DNA from: Balanoglossus misakiensis
Taxonomy: Eukaryota; Animalia; Hemichordata
DNA length: 64,000 nucleotides
Assembly (NCBI GenBank): GCA_040954595.2
Contig: CM082578.2
Coordinates: 11,105,166 to 11,169,165 of the forward strand
Direction of reading: 5' to 3'
Under the pieces are notes generated by a model. It saw nothing but the letters and a program-made list of their open reading frames with translations. It had not been told where the DNA came from and made no database searches. The position numbers were made by a program, and so were the translations under genes. The stretch's first letter is position 1; each line of letters opens with the position of its first letter. Positions 20,401 to 36,000 of the stretch are shown in pieces.

Positions 20401-23400
20401 GTCACACGACTAAACCCGCTGATAAGAATAAAGCACTTAAGTAATAGATCGGCCTATTCTCAATAATTCAGCCCTGTCTGTCATGCGACACTGCATGTGT
20501 TTTCTTCGCTGTTTGCGTGTTTTTCCCCATAAGTTGGATTAGTTGCACTCGGTTTAAATATCATGAAACAATATAAATTGCAGTGCGATTTCAAGAAAAG
20601 AAATCAGTGCAATGGTGATCGTAACGTCCATACGAGAGTTAGAAATTACGAATTCATTTCGAACTCGGTTGCTTTTTACTAGTAAGGGGTAGTGGTGGTC
20701 GTTTGGATTTTCTACACATGCGTATTACGTATACGTGCCTATACTATAAACGTGTGCGGAGTTTTCATTTGAATTTTAAAGAAAATGTATGAATCTAATC
20801 CGGAGCAAAATGATACTGTCGACTACGAGTGGATGTGAGTCTTGAAATTTTAACAAAACCAATAAATGGCCGTAAGGTTTGGCGCTTCAGTTGTTCTGCT
20901 CGCGTCTGCAGACGCCGTTTGCATACACAACGACCCTGTTTCGATTATTTTTCGTTCCATTTATATAAAAGATTGTTCATAGCGTTTCTTGAATGAAATA
21001 CTAAGTAGTCGATCGTTGTCGGAGAATTGAACTCGCAGCTTGCCCGAAGGCGAGACATCAGACAAATGCTTTGATGAGCCCATTTGCCTATGTGAAATGA
21101 TGACGTCACCGACGCATTAAAATTATGAAATGGGTTCATACGATATTTTAAAACGTGTACAGTAAAAAGTATAACTCCTCGTAATTGAAGAATAGCCGGA
21201 ATAAAAGAAATCAAAGCTTTTAGGATCGATGCTCTGTTCCAAATGCCTTGGGAATTAAGAGGTGGACGGATTACATGAAAGAAAACTAAACTAATACAGC
21301 TGCCGTGAAAGGGTGGATGAAAACAAGTTTATCCCAGAATTATTATATTTATTCTGTCCAAATGTACGATGAAACATTATTAGACGGCTGTCCTTTGTAA
21401 ATTTCCTGACTTGTTTTGAAAATATCAGAAACTATAAAACCAAATGACTACATGTATAAGCAAACGAATTTGACCCTGTCTGGGTTTTTTATACTTAGGC
21501 TCATTTGGGTATCTCCAAACATTTTGCCAAGAAATTATCTTACTTCCAGTGTTCATCTCGACTTAGACTTAGTTTATCGTTCACAACGCAGTTCGGTTGG
21601 AGTCTTCTCGTTTGCATTCTGCTCGTCTTCTGCTAGTTACTATAGAAACACGACGGGGCTTGACTGAGCGACATCGGCACAATCCGCTTAGATGGTAAAC
21701 GTTTGCGTCGGCGTCCGGGCAAAACCAGAGCTGGCAAGTTAAGAGCATGCATGGACACAATCATTTTGCGCTCGCCCACGCTTCTCTACATTTTCATTTT
21801 CAACAGGATCAAGACACTACTAGATTGAACAGGTTTGCTATGCGTGCATTGATGTACTGTATGCACAAAGTGGCTATATACAGCCAATGATTATATTTCG
21901 TGATGTAAACGCAATTTCATCCACATTAACCACCCTCCATGACGTTTTGACGTAAACTCAATCAAGTAAACATTTCTGAAACGTTTATTTGTGTCACCTT
22001 TTGTTTAGATTTATGGAAAGACTATCTTAATCGAAGCAACTTTATCTTTCAATGTTTTTGGTATCATTTGGCACAAGACATTATTCTTCAAATTGTTTTG
22101 GATATTTTTTGCCTGTGTACCTATGATATTCATCTGATTACTTAGTTGCGAGACGGCTGATTTCTATCTAATCGTTTTGTCTGGATTGTAGCTTACATAT
22201 TACTATTCTCAGCATGTTGTCGAAAGAAAAGTTGAATCATAACACAAACCACAGGCCAGAAGATTTGGAGCAATTCGTGTGAACAGCAATTTATTTGCAA
22301 ATTTTGACCCACACAATGTTTTGCTCAGAATTTCATTTTTAAATTCGCATATATTGCAAAACAGCGAGATTGAATTCGAAATTTCATATAAAAAAGTATT
22401 GATTACACTAATGCCTAATCGCCAATCCCTGAAAGAGCGTTATTTTGCAAGAAATACCCATTCGGTTGATGCCACTTTTTATACGGCGGCAATACACGAG
22501 GACCCTAACTGCTTGACAGTTACCCATATACTTTAATGTACATAAATAATCGAGTTTTACAACTGGTAAATGTTTGATCTTTCTATATCCCAAATTAATG
22601 GCATCGCCATATGCTTTGCGTCATTGGCAATGTGAATTCACCCCCACTTCTTGCGCGTCATTTTCTCGAATATTGTTTAAACCTTTTAATTCTGACTACC
22701 TGACAGACGGAATGTACACGTACCCCAATTTGGCTCTCAAATGGTCAAATATCGCCATATGCGACACCGCTTTTACACATATAAACGAGAGCCTGGGCAT
22801 TTCTGAGCCAATCCATTTTACTGTTTGCTGAAAGCTATGGATCCATTAGCAGCAACTTTTTGGACATTCCGAACTGTTTTTGTTCCGTGTGCCAGCTGTA
22901 GTTGCTATATATAGGGTCGATGGTCTGGCCTTCAAAACTTTGTCAATTGCGTCATATACGCACCAGAATTTAAACCCCTTCGTGATGGTGAATGCAACCG
23001 TGACGCCTGTTTATTCGAGAATCCGTGACAAGCACAGGAAGTGATGTGTCTGTGGATGTTCTGTCTGACGGCGGCAATTTCACGGTGTTTAATCCCCTCA
23101 ATTGGCATGCCAAAAGTATTTACGTTACTATCGCCGCCGATCTAACTGATTTTAGCAGCGAGCGATGCACAGGCAGAACGCCGCGCAAATTAAATTTTAC
23201 TGCTGCGAAAGTTCCGCCTTGTGCCGCCGTGTAACAGGATAGCATCAATTTTAACTTTCGTGGATTAAATGCAATAAATTAGGAAGGGCAACATTAGTTG
23301 TGCTGACGACATCCATAAACCCCGCTTTTTTTGCTCATCCATCCACATTTGTGACTTATGCAGTGGCATAGAGAATTTTATAGCTTGGCGGGCTGTCGCT

Positions 23401-23878
23401 TTTGCATGTAAGGTTATCATGGACACGTGACGAGTATATGAGTTGTGAATCGGCCATGATAATTGTATAGGGCGCATATTTGTCGTACATTTTCCGCTTC
23501 GGGTGCAAAGGGCATCTAGTGTCAAGGTCCTTTTTATTCGCACCTTGTAAGTCATTATTATATGCTACAACATCGCGAAAGTGCGGTGTTTAATCTGTCG
23601 CTAATCGCTGAAGTGAACGACAGAAGAGTCTGATGCTATTTATCTGTCAAGGAGCCAACCCACAGGGTTTTGCCCTTGCATCACGATACCCAGTTGATAC
23701 ACAGCCCTCGCCTTTTTCCTAGGTAACAAATCTCTATTAACACATTCGATGGAAATTACTGGAAAAAAAACTCGAGCTTTTGATAAATATGTTTGTGGCG
23801 GAAGAACTCTCGGAATATGACAGAGAATTATGGACACCATAAAGTCTGTTTGGCATGTGTCTGCGGAACATACGCTAA

Positions 23879-24055
23879 GGGACTGGTCAGTTTCTTCGGC
23901 CGGGGAGGGGTTGTGGATTCTATTTTGTGGGTATCAAAAAGTGACTGACCCCCCTTCATTGAATATGGAAAAATTGGTGACCCCCATCACCCAATTCCAA
24001 AACAGAGTTACCTCCCCCGTGAATCCACCCCAGGCAGAAAAAACTGACCAGTCCC
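23879..24055. mobile_element. 177-bp PIF/Harbinger-type (Tourist-like) MITE
   Basis: Perfect 15-bp TIR GGGACTGGTCAGTTT / AAACTGACCAGTCCC, extending imperfectly to ~27 bp; TAA direct repeats at 23876-23878 and 24056-24058. Confidence 0.88.
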
Positions 24056-27000
24056 TAACAACTAAATCCCTGCCAGAAAAAAAGGCCACGCGGAACTTTC
24101 CGTTATTTGATTAATACGGCGTTGGACGTTGTTTTTTCAGGCGTCAGAAAAGGGAAAAAATTGAGATGCTTGATGTCTGGCGCGCGACAAAGTGAATTAT
24201 AGCGGCTTTTAACGTCTGCCGAGTTTCGATATTTTGAAACTGCTGCTGATTATTAATTAACGTTGCTCAGGTACGAAAGCGCCATTACCGAGTAATGTCC
24301 ACAATCCTTAACGTCTGTTATACGTAATCGAGGCAACACTGAAACCATTCATTATCCATGATGCATTGCCAATGCGCCTCTTAATTCAAAGTTATTCGCT
24401 TCCTTTGGTGAGAGTTTTCTTGAAGGCAACAACGTGGATCGGACGTTTTTTAAGCGCCTTGTTTGCATGTTCTGTTTGGTGTCTCGGACTAGAGCGTAAT
24501 GTCCATGAATCATCGCTGCAGACAAGTTGAAACAGCTGCGACGCTGCATGCATGCGCAGTGATAAAACCGTTACTTGCGCGTCGATGCAGAACTCGCCAA
24601 CAACTACGTCACACACAGCCGCTAAGTTCACAGCACTTTCATCTGAAAGCCAATTTCCTGCGTGACGGCCACAGACCAACGGGATACCAGTAGTAAATAT
24701 TTCTGAATCGCTGCCGATTGAAATCATTTTGTTGGAGGAAATAAAGGACGGCGATAAATTTGCAAACAAGTTGGAACGTAAAAGATAACCACCATAGTTC
24801 CGGTGCCGTGGACGAGCGATAGTAAAAATGATATCTCACAAAAGAGAAGCCACCTATATACTAGTAATTGTGACTTTTGACTTTTACCTTATGTAGCAAT
24901 CGATTGCATTTTATGGATTTTTTTTTTCAAACGCACATCTTCACCAGATCCACGTCGTGATGGGTAAACCAGGTTTGCTGGCTGCAGAACATTCAATGAA
25001 ACCTGCTATAGATATCAATCTCACAAGGTCATGCCCTGCAATATGTGCGTAACGCCAATATAATGATGAAGATTTTCAATTAGTGGTAGTATAAATTTGG
25101 AATTACTGAACAAATTTCATGAAACTACATAGGACTGTAGCGTTTCTAAATGACAAACCGAAAATGTTCATATGATTTACATAGACAATGATCTCAACAC
25201 AGAGATTTGAATGTGCTAAGGGAATTTGTCTATGTACGTCTTGATTATTTGAACTTGTGCAGTTAGCATCTTAAGTCAGGCGTTAGTGTATACATGTACT
25301 AGGATCTGAATGCCTCCGCTGCGATCGAGATGACTTCGACGCCATATTGAATAATCCGACTAACCTACTACTCTCATTGGGAATGTATTGGGTTAACATT
25401 ATTATATCGGCCACATGAAAATATTTCCGGTTTGAATAGAATCGAGATCTAACGAATGATGATTTTTCGACTGTAGACTATTTTCAAGCATCTAGATAAT
25501 AAACTATTATTTGTGCTTCATGAAATTGTAAAATAACAAGGTCAGGAGAGATGAACTCCATCCCTCTCACGCTTCTTTATTTTTTCTAATTATCACTTTG
25601 GGCGATTTTCTTCTTCCCATCTGACTAGTCTGTCAGCGCTGCGGCGGCCAATCACGCGTACTGTCGAAATGGCAATTAACTCCTTAATCCCCCCGATTCC
25701 GAGATTCCGAGGCGACTCCGCTGACCGTAGTCAACTCGGCATTTACTCGCGTCTTATCTCGATAAATCCGCGCGAGGGAATTCTCTGGGAGTTCTTTCCC
25801 CCGCCATAATCTGACCAAGGAAGGAAATGGAAGTTCCGACGCAGGCCTGACAAGCGCAAACTTCTCAAGCGTCTGCCAGACGGATGCACGACTGTGTAAA
25901 GATCATCGGACAATTTGCGGTTCAAATCCCCCACGGACAAATGACAATAATAAGGAAGGCACGCAGAGTTCGCAGTGATAAAATCGTGAAATTATCTCGC
26001 GGTTGAATTGGGCGGGAGAAAGTACATTCTACTGAAAGCCTGGGATTCGTGTTGCGACATCAAAGAAAATTGTATTCACGATTTAATACTCTTTAATGAA
26101 GACGTTTTGTCCACAAATCAAAGTGCAGCGGGTTTTGGGTGTCATCGATTTCACGAATTGCCAGGCTCTCGAAAATTTGCATTCCAGCATGACGCCATTA
26201 ATGTGTTAAATGTTGACCTAGGGTGAAGTCATATGGGAAATAGACTCTCAAATAAACGGAATTACAGTGGCTTTTTTTTAAAAACTGACGCTTTTGCCAA
26301 TAATAAGATCAATATGAGCGAACTCTGTGATTGGACAGCTCTGAAGTTCAGATTCGCCGTTGTTTAATATGATGTAAGATAAAAACATGACAGGAAGTCA
26401 GGGTTTCTGCAGGCAAAGTGATGTGAGTTGCCCTTTTTTACTTGGCTTTCCTTTCCGACGCCGAGTTTTATCGATCAAGTTATTTTCTATTCACGGATCA
26501 TCACATAACTTGAAGTTGATAATGTTTGTGTTGTTCTTTTAATTCTGGACCGCTTTCCTTTCCGATTAGAGAATCAAACATCCAGAATCTCTTCATCGAA
26601 AAACCATTTTTCCATAGCAACCAATTCCTCCCAATTGTAAGTTATTTTTAGAACGGCGAACGAGCATCCACAAATGCTCGGGTTTCAACCCCGCCTTTTA
26701 TTCGCAATGATATAGTGTTCGTCAGTCGATGAGGTCGGGGCATTCGCGCAATTTTATGATGGCCTCAAATTAAGCGCGCCCGCTGAACTGCAAACGGACT
26801 GTTCATCATCATCATCGGGGAGTTGCTCCAAGCATTTTCTAACCCGCAGACGTAATAACTCGACTCTATCGAATTATTGGCCAGGTGTCTAGAAATAAAA
26901 CAGATAGTTCGCCCGTCCTGTAATCCTAGGGATATTCGGTTCTCCAAGCACTAGAGAAACCCCATTAACCTTTGATTCGTTAATACGAGCGGAGACGTCG

Positions 27001-30000
27001 GCGTTTCGTCAATAATCGACGAATCAGCTCCGGTATCTCGGAGACGTAACATATCCCTGATGAAGTTGAAATGAATTAGTACTGTGCAAACATTCGTCAT
27101 GCGTTGTCCCTGCCAAATTACATTATTGTGGCCGCGTGTATTTTTAGCAGAATAAAGTGTGCGTCTCAAACTTAGCTTCATAGACTGACTCTTTTAACAG
27201 AAGTACCGTCTACTTTATTTTACTTGCCTACTGGCACATTGGTAAATTCCAACGTTTAGAGAGGATAGTTGGTATTTCGACCTCGAAAAAAGTATTGTGT
27301 ATACTTTGTTCAGTCAGAATCTTGAAAACTTCACTAGAGCGGTTTGACATAATTTGTTTTTATTTTTAATTCTTTATGCATGATTTAATTTATCCTAGAT
27401 CTACGATTGGTCGTATTGTTGTTTGTGGTGACGGCGACTTTTATTTTCATGAGTACAGAATAAATGTAGTTGTGGAAGTCAGTGCTTGGTGGCGCACACA
27501 ATCTGAATGGGTATATACATCTTCGAGCGCGTTCTCCAAGTCTCTTCGTTCGATAACCAACTCAGGCGAAGCTATCAAGATCACTTTACGACGTTGAGAG
27601 TAATTACGTCTGGCAGTCTTGTTCGAAACAGAGTCCCGCGTCCAAAGGTGGACAGGAAAATTAAGACATTGGTAATTACAGTGTGAGATGTATCGCGCTA
27701 CCCGATGTACTCCCAAGAACCTGGCGCGATGACATCTCAGACGCGGAGTTAAATCAACAGCGCGCGTTGGCCTCCCCCCGTGGGACGACGGTATCACTTT
27801 GAATTTAAGAAAATCTACGCTTTGATGGATTTTACTTGAGAGATTGGCCCGATAAGGACAAGCTTTGCGGCTCTGGAGATCGGTGTGTTTAAACAGATTG
27901 ACAACGGTAAGCGATCCGTTAGCCGGCTCTGACGCAAATCTTGTGCCTTCAATGGGCAATAACGAGGAGTGTAGCAGCCGTTAAGACACGCTGCAAATGG
28001 GGGTTTTGTAGCTGCAAATGACTGTGATTTATCAGAACCCGGGCTTAAAAGCAGTTAGATGGGCCTGCATCTTTTATAAGCTCCAGGGTTGCCCACAGCT
28101 GTGTGTTCGCAGCTATTGATCAAATCTTTTCCAGTCGATTACGGTCAGACACCTGCACACTGGATGACCCCGGTTATCTTCTCGAGCGATGGATAGAATT
28201 CATTCGGTGTGACTGTTCAAACAAATTTCTGTCGCTGGAAGAACAACATTCAGTGTGTAAAGTTCTGGCAGACCAGTGACTATAATTGTTGCCGTTGTTG
28301 ACACCATTCGAATCGGCTGTCTCTCATGCGATCAATGCCCTCGGCGCACCCTTGCGCGAACAGCGAGTATAGAATTAATGGACTCAGTCGCACTAAATCT
28401 ATTTGTTTCCCTTCCGTGTATTTTGCCACCTTTAGTCAGTGATATATCGTTCGATTTTTTTAAAATTACTCGCGGCCTCATAGCTAAATATAAAAAAATG
28501 ATTAATTTGCTTGTCGCTATGGTTTGTGACAAAAGTCGTTTTTATGACGTCGACGTGAACACACACACACAAAAACAATGCAACATATATTAGTTTATGC
28601 CAAGGCTGAATGACATCGTGTTTCTAGACGTTCATCTGTCTGCTGTGTGTTGAATCAATTACTGACACTGCTGGAAGCGCGTTACTTTTTCGAATAACAA
28701 GAAAATAATGAAAAATGAGAAAACATATTCATTACCGGGAACTTTAATAGCACATACAAATGTAATTGCTTGAAAGCGCGAAATGTTATTCGGGGGAAAA
28801 ACGTTAATACATCTAATTTTATTACTTTTAAGCTATGGCATTTCGTAAAAATTGATTAGTGGAACGCTCCTTGTAAAATGTCAAACCAGATTAATGTCGT
28901 CTGCGTTGCAATTTTGGCGGATTTTTCCCGGAATTCTATTCTGGTTTTGAATATCCTCTGACACGATATTGCAGTTTGGGTAATTCTCATTTTTGTGTGT
29001 GCGGGTCAATCCTCGATGTCAAGAAAAGAATTATAGTTTATTTAATGTATACCGCTGACGTCACCCGCCATTCACAATGCCAGATCAAGAGGGCGATATT
29101 CGTAACGGATACTGTAGGAGTAGAACAATGCAAATGAACCTGGTCGCAGAGGAATGCTCCATGCCAGGTGGTAAAAAAATTACGTCATCAGTTCTTTTGT
29201 ATTTCTCTGTCACAATCGTTATTTACTGTATGAATGTGCGACGCTTTCAGCAAGCGCCAGTTTTCTCACTAGAACAACACAGACACCGGTCTCTGATTAT
29301 GCTACTGCAGGTACGTACACAAATCTTTCTTCAGAATTATCGCGCCCGCGGGAGTGCTCCAAAGGCGCTGGCATTTCTGTGGTCTAAGATGCCCACGCCG
29401 GGCGCTAACTGTTTTCATTTATTGCATTGACCTATATATCGCGGTGACCGTGGTGATGTAGGGAGAAAGATGGACAGATGGATAGATCAAGTAAGATTCG
29501 ACGGGTGCGGCTACCGAGGTCGCGTGGCCCTTGCGTCCGGCGGCGGCACTCTTCATGCATATTCACGAACAGCAATTTTCCGTTGATGGTGACCTCTCGC
29601 GTCAGGTCATCCATCAACGTGTGTCGCTAATAATACGATCAGGCGCTGCGGCACTCTATATCCGAGCGGTCGCAAAACTACACTGAAGTGATTACCCACG
29701 TCATTCGTGTAGGCTGTAGTTGACTAACGATAATCAATAGTCGGTCCATGTCACGTGCAACGCTGAAAAACTATATACCCTCTCCCCCCCCCCATTAATT
29801 TGTATTCATGCGTTACTTCACCGAATGTCGCGGTAGTATATGGTATCCAACATATATCCCGGCGATGTGTATTTCTGGTTGTCGGTCGAAATGATGAGGA
29901 GAGTAAAATACCGCAAACCTCATCCGTCCTCAGTTATTTTACGGCTTCAAATTCAATGTGAATGGATTAGGCCGTTACTCTATTCACGTGTATTCTCGTT

Positions 30001-33000
30001 CTAAGATCATGATAATCGCGTGTTCCTTCGAAGTAAGCCTATTGATACAGACAACCTCGGATGTCATAACCATTGTAAGCGGAGTCCGTAAACAGCTCGT
30101 CAGGTAATAATTGCAAAGTTTGCTTCAATACTCCGCTGATGCAGAAATCGGTATTTTTTTCTTAATGAAGATGAAATGCATAATCAAGAAAGGGAGACTC
30201 AGAGATCACATCTTTGTTGTATTTTATGTACTCGTCAGCCCTTATATTTATTTTATTTCCATTCCCGGGTCATCAAACTCCGCAGTCTCTTTTAATTGCT
30301 GCCAATAAAAGCACTGATTGCTCCGAGGGATGGAAAATAATTGCACGCTTAGGGGACCTCGATAAAATATTCCGTATCGCATCCCTCCACGCGAGGATTG
30401 TGACGCAGAGCATCGGTGACTGCTGTTCCCAGCATGCAGCGCGGAACGGGGGACGACTGCCGACTTGTTGCTGTCACCGAGGAGCTGGCTGTCGCGATTG
30501 TTGCCAGCGAGGAGCGCTCTTTGGCGGGAATAAAGGACCAAGAGTGCATGAGGAATACGCCCAATATCTGCGAGTGCTTTCGACAGTTGCCACCAGCTGC
30601 AGACACCCCAGGAAGGTAAAACAACAAAATTATTTCCTCGTATTTTTCCTAGAAAATAGTTTTTTCCCAGTGCTGCATTTCAGTGCACCTAATTATAGGG
30701 GGCGCATCTGGCCAGAACTCACGTGGGGGGGGGGGGGGGTAGTCGCGCTACCCGCAAACGTCCAGTCTGACGACCTGACTCTGCCCCCCCCCCCTTCTGG
30801 GTCTCAGATATCATCTCCCCTTATATGTTTAGATCTATTCGGACGTCGTGAACACATTTTGTAAAAATAAAGTCGAAGGTTGCGTCATGGAAGCCTGTCA
30901 GTCGCCTTTTCCCTCTGGAGACACAGAAAGAATCTCTCTAAACGCTAATCTTGGGGGGAAAATAGCTTCCTGTACAATGCGCCGTCTAATCCAAACACAG
31001 TGTATCGCAAGAATTTCTGAATATTAATGACTTGTCGGCATAAATCTAGACTCGCGTTCAATAGGCCTATACAAAATATCATTGACCAATATTTACGAGA
31101 TGAACTCATGTTCTGAGAGAAAGATCATGTCAAAACAGATTGACAAGGAGTATCGTGACATACTGGGCCCTGTGTGGTATTAAGCCTGGGATGATTCAAA
31201 GGCAGAAAAGCGCGCGGGGGGAAATGTATGCTGAGCACGTAACACAATAAAGGAAGAGCGAATTAGGGCTGATTGCGATTACAGTCAAGATGGGGACGAA
31301 TTGATAGGGATTAGGAGATTTCTCGGGGTGGTATTAAGGCAGCGTTGTGACCTCAAAATGACTCTTAATTAGCCCGTAACACATCAGAGCCGTGTAGTTG
31401 AAAAAAACACGAAAGCTGCACATGTGAGAATTTGCCGTTCAGCGCGCGGTGATGAAAATGTACTTGTGTTTGTTTATGACCGTCGGTATGGAAATCCCAC
31501 AGGCTCGCCCGTCGCCCTGCGTGCATTTCAAACAGCGCGTTTGTCGGTGGTTATCGAGATGTGTTCTTGTAATTCCCTCCATCTTGCAACCGTGTGTAGG
31601 TGTTGCTTTCTTCAATGTGGAGCAGGGGCACCTTGAAGGAAAAACCGAGGTTGTTGTCCTGAGATGAATGCCGCCACAACCACAGATTTTCAGAGATACC
31701 GTCGATTAAAGGTCCGTCGCTGAGTTGATCGCGAATCGCATTAGCCACAACTCGATTTTGAAGGTGATCTCTGCCCTTTCAAGCTTCTTAGGGGCAAGAT
31801 ATAACGTTTAGTGAAGTCTACAATGCACTCGGCTCCACGGGATATTGGGAGAGCGCATCAGAAATCATTCAAATATCGCCCACTTTGTATATTAAATTTC
31901 GTCCACCTGCTGGCTGTCGCTTAGTCGGGAACGAGAGCAAGCCGCTGCGATTCCCAGCAAGCCAGCAGAGTAAAGCTCGTCCATGATAACCACAGATGAC
32001 TTTGATTCTATTTTCCCCCGCTAAAAGCGTGCAGATAAATTGGCCGCGTAACAGATACGCTGACCGACTAAAAGAGAAGATAGGTGATCCTGAAATAGCG
32101 CACGATAGATTTTTCCCCCATTGTGATAAATCAGCTGCCGACAGCCAGGAAAAGATGAAGTAAAAATGCCAAACGTCAGCGATTGAAGCAATTGATAGTG
32201 TTAAGTGTACTGTGTTACACAAATATAGTCATGAGGATAGTTTAATAGAGTAACAATTTTGCAGTCTTCTTATTTTCAAAACTCACGTTATTATCGTTTC
32301 CTCAGAATGATATATTTCCTCAAGGGCACGTGATTTTAACCGGTGTTGATCGGTCCCCCATCCTTCCTGCCACAGGAACCTCACCCGTCTGTCCGTATAT
32401 CCGAGCCATTACTCAAACACAAACACACCTAAACTGATTTCATTCAAACAGGGCGCAGATAGTGCTACTTACATACTTTTGCGACGTGTACACAGCATGC
32501 GCACGTTTGATGCGCCATCGCATTGCATTTTGGGATAAACGTGACCCGAAACGTTGCAATCGGTTTGTTTACTGATCCGGCGTTTATTCCCGATCTTCCA
32601 GTGCGCCGTTATATTCATGTCATTAGGCCTACAAGGAAAATTGGACGTGTTTCCAAATCAATGGTGGGAACCGCTTTCCTATTCACAATACTATTGCGGA
32701 AGGTACAGCATTTTAAGTTGTTCATTCATGTCGTTTTCACACGAACAAGCGTCGTGAAAGGACCGCATGGCAGTTTGGTCAGGCAACGAATGCACTGAAT
32801 TTTAATCTGTTTACCACCACCTGTTTGAACATGCATCAGCCCCCTATAAGCGTGACCCGGGCAAACCGAAGAAATCAGTCACCCTCAGCATCAACGAGTG
32901 TCTACACTATCTAAATCTGGCATGCAACGTCGCATAACGGTTGTGCTTCTAATTAGTCCAGATCGGTTGAACAAGCGTGTCTTCACCATATGGTGTTCTT

Positions 33001-36000
33001 CATTACGTGTGGGGTTTATTAGCCGGGTCATTGTGTGCGCATCACGGTGTGCGCATTCCAGGTCATTTCAGGTCACTGTGATGATGAGCATCATCAGGCA
33101 ACACGGTGGACGGCCGATGCCGGTGGCACTGTTTGCTCTAATGATACCGGAAGGCGCACGTCGGCATCTGAAGAGATAATGGAGGAAACCCACGGTAATA
33201 GCCCGGTTCGGGTGCAATTTGTGACGATAAGTCTGCCACTGATTGTTGCGTTAACTGTCGCACGAAATCCGTAAGCAGTTATGTGTGCCCGCAACTTTCG
33301 AGTTTGTGCACTGTGATGGAATGATTAAACCGGAAGTGATTAAAAAATAAAACATTTTCACGTCGTTAGTTATAAAATCTTGCAGTACATATTTGAAACC
33401 GCTACTCGCCATGACGACTAAACAGAAACGGAATGATCACACGTGCTGTTGACATAAACTAGCATCCCCACAGGGTAGGGATTTGCTGTTTGCAGAATGT
33501 CTGACAGATGCTTGAAATGTCCACGTGGTTGAACCCATCACGACTAACCCTGTCCACCAGCTAATGACGCATATGTTCATATACCGCGCGCACGTGCTTC
33601 TGTTGTGCAGCTAGAACAGTCTGAATTCCTAGAACTCTTTCGTGTTCTGCCTTATCTCTGTCTAAATTAATGTAATAGCAATATTTAAAAGAGTATCATT
33701 TTTTATCAAGTGTTTGTTCCTTGTTAATGACACTATTTCTATAGAATTTTACTTCCACCAACTGAATACTTCCGTGGGGTAACTTTTAGGTCAAATTAGT
33801 ATGATAGCATGGAACGAGTCGCATATGTTCGCAATCGTATGTCCACACGCAAGGCATGAAGGTTGAGATAGTAACAGATGACGATTACGAGTGCATAGAC
33901 GACTTATATCCCGTGAAACAAAAAATAAAATGTCAAAAACTGAGCGATGATGTAACATAATGTCCAGACCATCAATTACCGACGGCAATCATGATGACTC
34001 GTTTCAGATAGCCAAGGGAAAACGACATGCCGAATATTGTTCCGGCATACTTTAAGCAGTAGAACCGCAACAACAATACAAAAACTGCAGCCGATGCACA
34101 GATCAAACAGTAATGATGAAATTACCGGGAGTTAGCCAATGTGATTAGTCCGTTATGACGTGAGCGGCGTACCGTACGAAAAAAAAAACAAATCGCCGAG
34201 GCTGTAACATTTTCCTTGGGGTGATATGACAAATGCACAGCACGTAAAGACGAATAAGTGGCATATGCTTCTGAAGGCACAGTGCATATATTGTCGATTG
34301 CACATCATCTGTTGCCAGGGCAACGGCCAGCAATGACGAGTGCACAACACTTTATGACCGAACGGGACGCACGCAATGACCATTGCTTAGCATTTAAAAT
34401 GCATAGAATTATATGTCCATAATAGTTATATAGTAGGCAGCTGTGGCTTTACCTTTTAATAAGTTTTATATTTTCGGTTTAATCTCGAAGGTCGGCGGCT
34501 GTTAGTGTGGATGCGAAACACATTCTGATCGAATGAGAATTCGTTTTCCCATCCAATCAACGAAAAAACAGGAAATGCCTGCTACCGAGCGTCAAATTAA
34601 AGATATACACCCGGGGGTAAGACTATTCCAGTCTCGGTGACCCTGAAGGCTTTTTTGTGTGACGATCCATGCCCCTGACGCTATCGCAACTTTGACAGCC
34701 ACGTGTATAGCGGGAAGGAAAAAAATCGAATCTCGTTTTGCTTTAGTTTGTTTATGCGTTATTGGATAGAGGGGGGCGAGAATGGGAATTCCGCTACAAG
34801 GCTATCAGTGGTTTAGAATTGGACAATTAAATCCAAAAGAGCGTGTATTTTTCGAAATGGAATCGGCACAGTCACAGAGTTTTACGGCCGGGACGTCGAC
34901 CGAGGCATGCGTTGAACTGCGCTGTGCCGTGAAAGATACTGCAACAATAAATCAGCGAGTGGTTTGCAGTCAGTGATACTGGGCATAGCGGCGATAGAAG
35001 CTCTATAACTGAGCATATGTCCTCGCTACTGGTTTCAACTGCAATTATTTTTTTTCTGCTGTAAGGGGAAACATGCTTTCATTCGGACTCGTTCAATAAC
35101 GCGAACCCGCCGTCTAAAAATAATCTAGTAGCCGTGTTGCGATCGTGCCAATACCGGGCTTTCCCGCCGCGGGAGCGTCTGCCGAAATGAATAAGGGCTC
35201 AGATGTTTCAGTTTGCGAGCCGCGGTTCATCCTCAGTTCATCAAACACGGGGCAGCTGTGCTGAACAAGCGCGTATTAGAGCACGACATGCGTTAAGACA
35301 CGTCTCTGCAGCGTGGCTAAGATCCGGAACGTCGTAAAAGTAGAAAGTAAATCTCCGCATTCAGTATTCGATCGTGTTGTCGTTAACCTTAATGAGAAAC
35401 ACCGTCCCAGTTCTTCTCGTCGCAAGGGAGACGTTTTTTTGCACTCGCTCCACTGCCTCGCATTTTCTCTATCGATCTCCGGCGAAACGGAAAAATTTCA
35501 CGCGACCGTGCACCGCGATGCCACTGGTCGCCGCCTCCCGATTTCCAGGTTGCCATCTTTCGGCCCCAGAGGTGATCATTAAGATCGCGGCCTCTGTTAT
35601 TGTGTTCGCTCTTCTGATCGATGAGTTAACAACTCGCCAAGGAGGGTGGGTCAGCTTTAAGGAGAGGAAATCGCAAACTCGAAATCATGTTTTCATTAAT
35701 CTCAGTGGTATTTTGTTATTTTTAGCTGTGTTCAGCAATCAAATAATTGACCCAAAGCAACTCAGAGACCATCAGTCTATACACAAGACACGGTAGAATT
35801 TAGAACGGTGCGTTTAAAACTTATTTGCATATGGCTCCTGCAGTAAGTGATGTCAGATACCGAAAATACCCTTTCCGAGAAACGTTTGTAGCCTTTGCGT
35901 ATACACAGGGACCAGGTTTACGAGATTGCAAAGTCAATGTTTGGTAACATATCCATGTTCTCCTATTAAAAGGGTAATTTTGAGGATATCTGGGGTAAAG

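Noticed and set aside
30214-30864. 216-aa ORF
   Set aside because: No recognisable domain, runs through poly-G/poly-C tracts of a probable MITE remnant (~30695-30825), and has no exon-like codon bias
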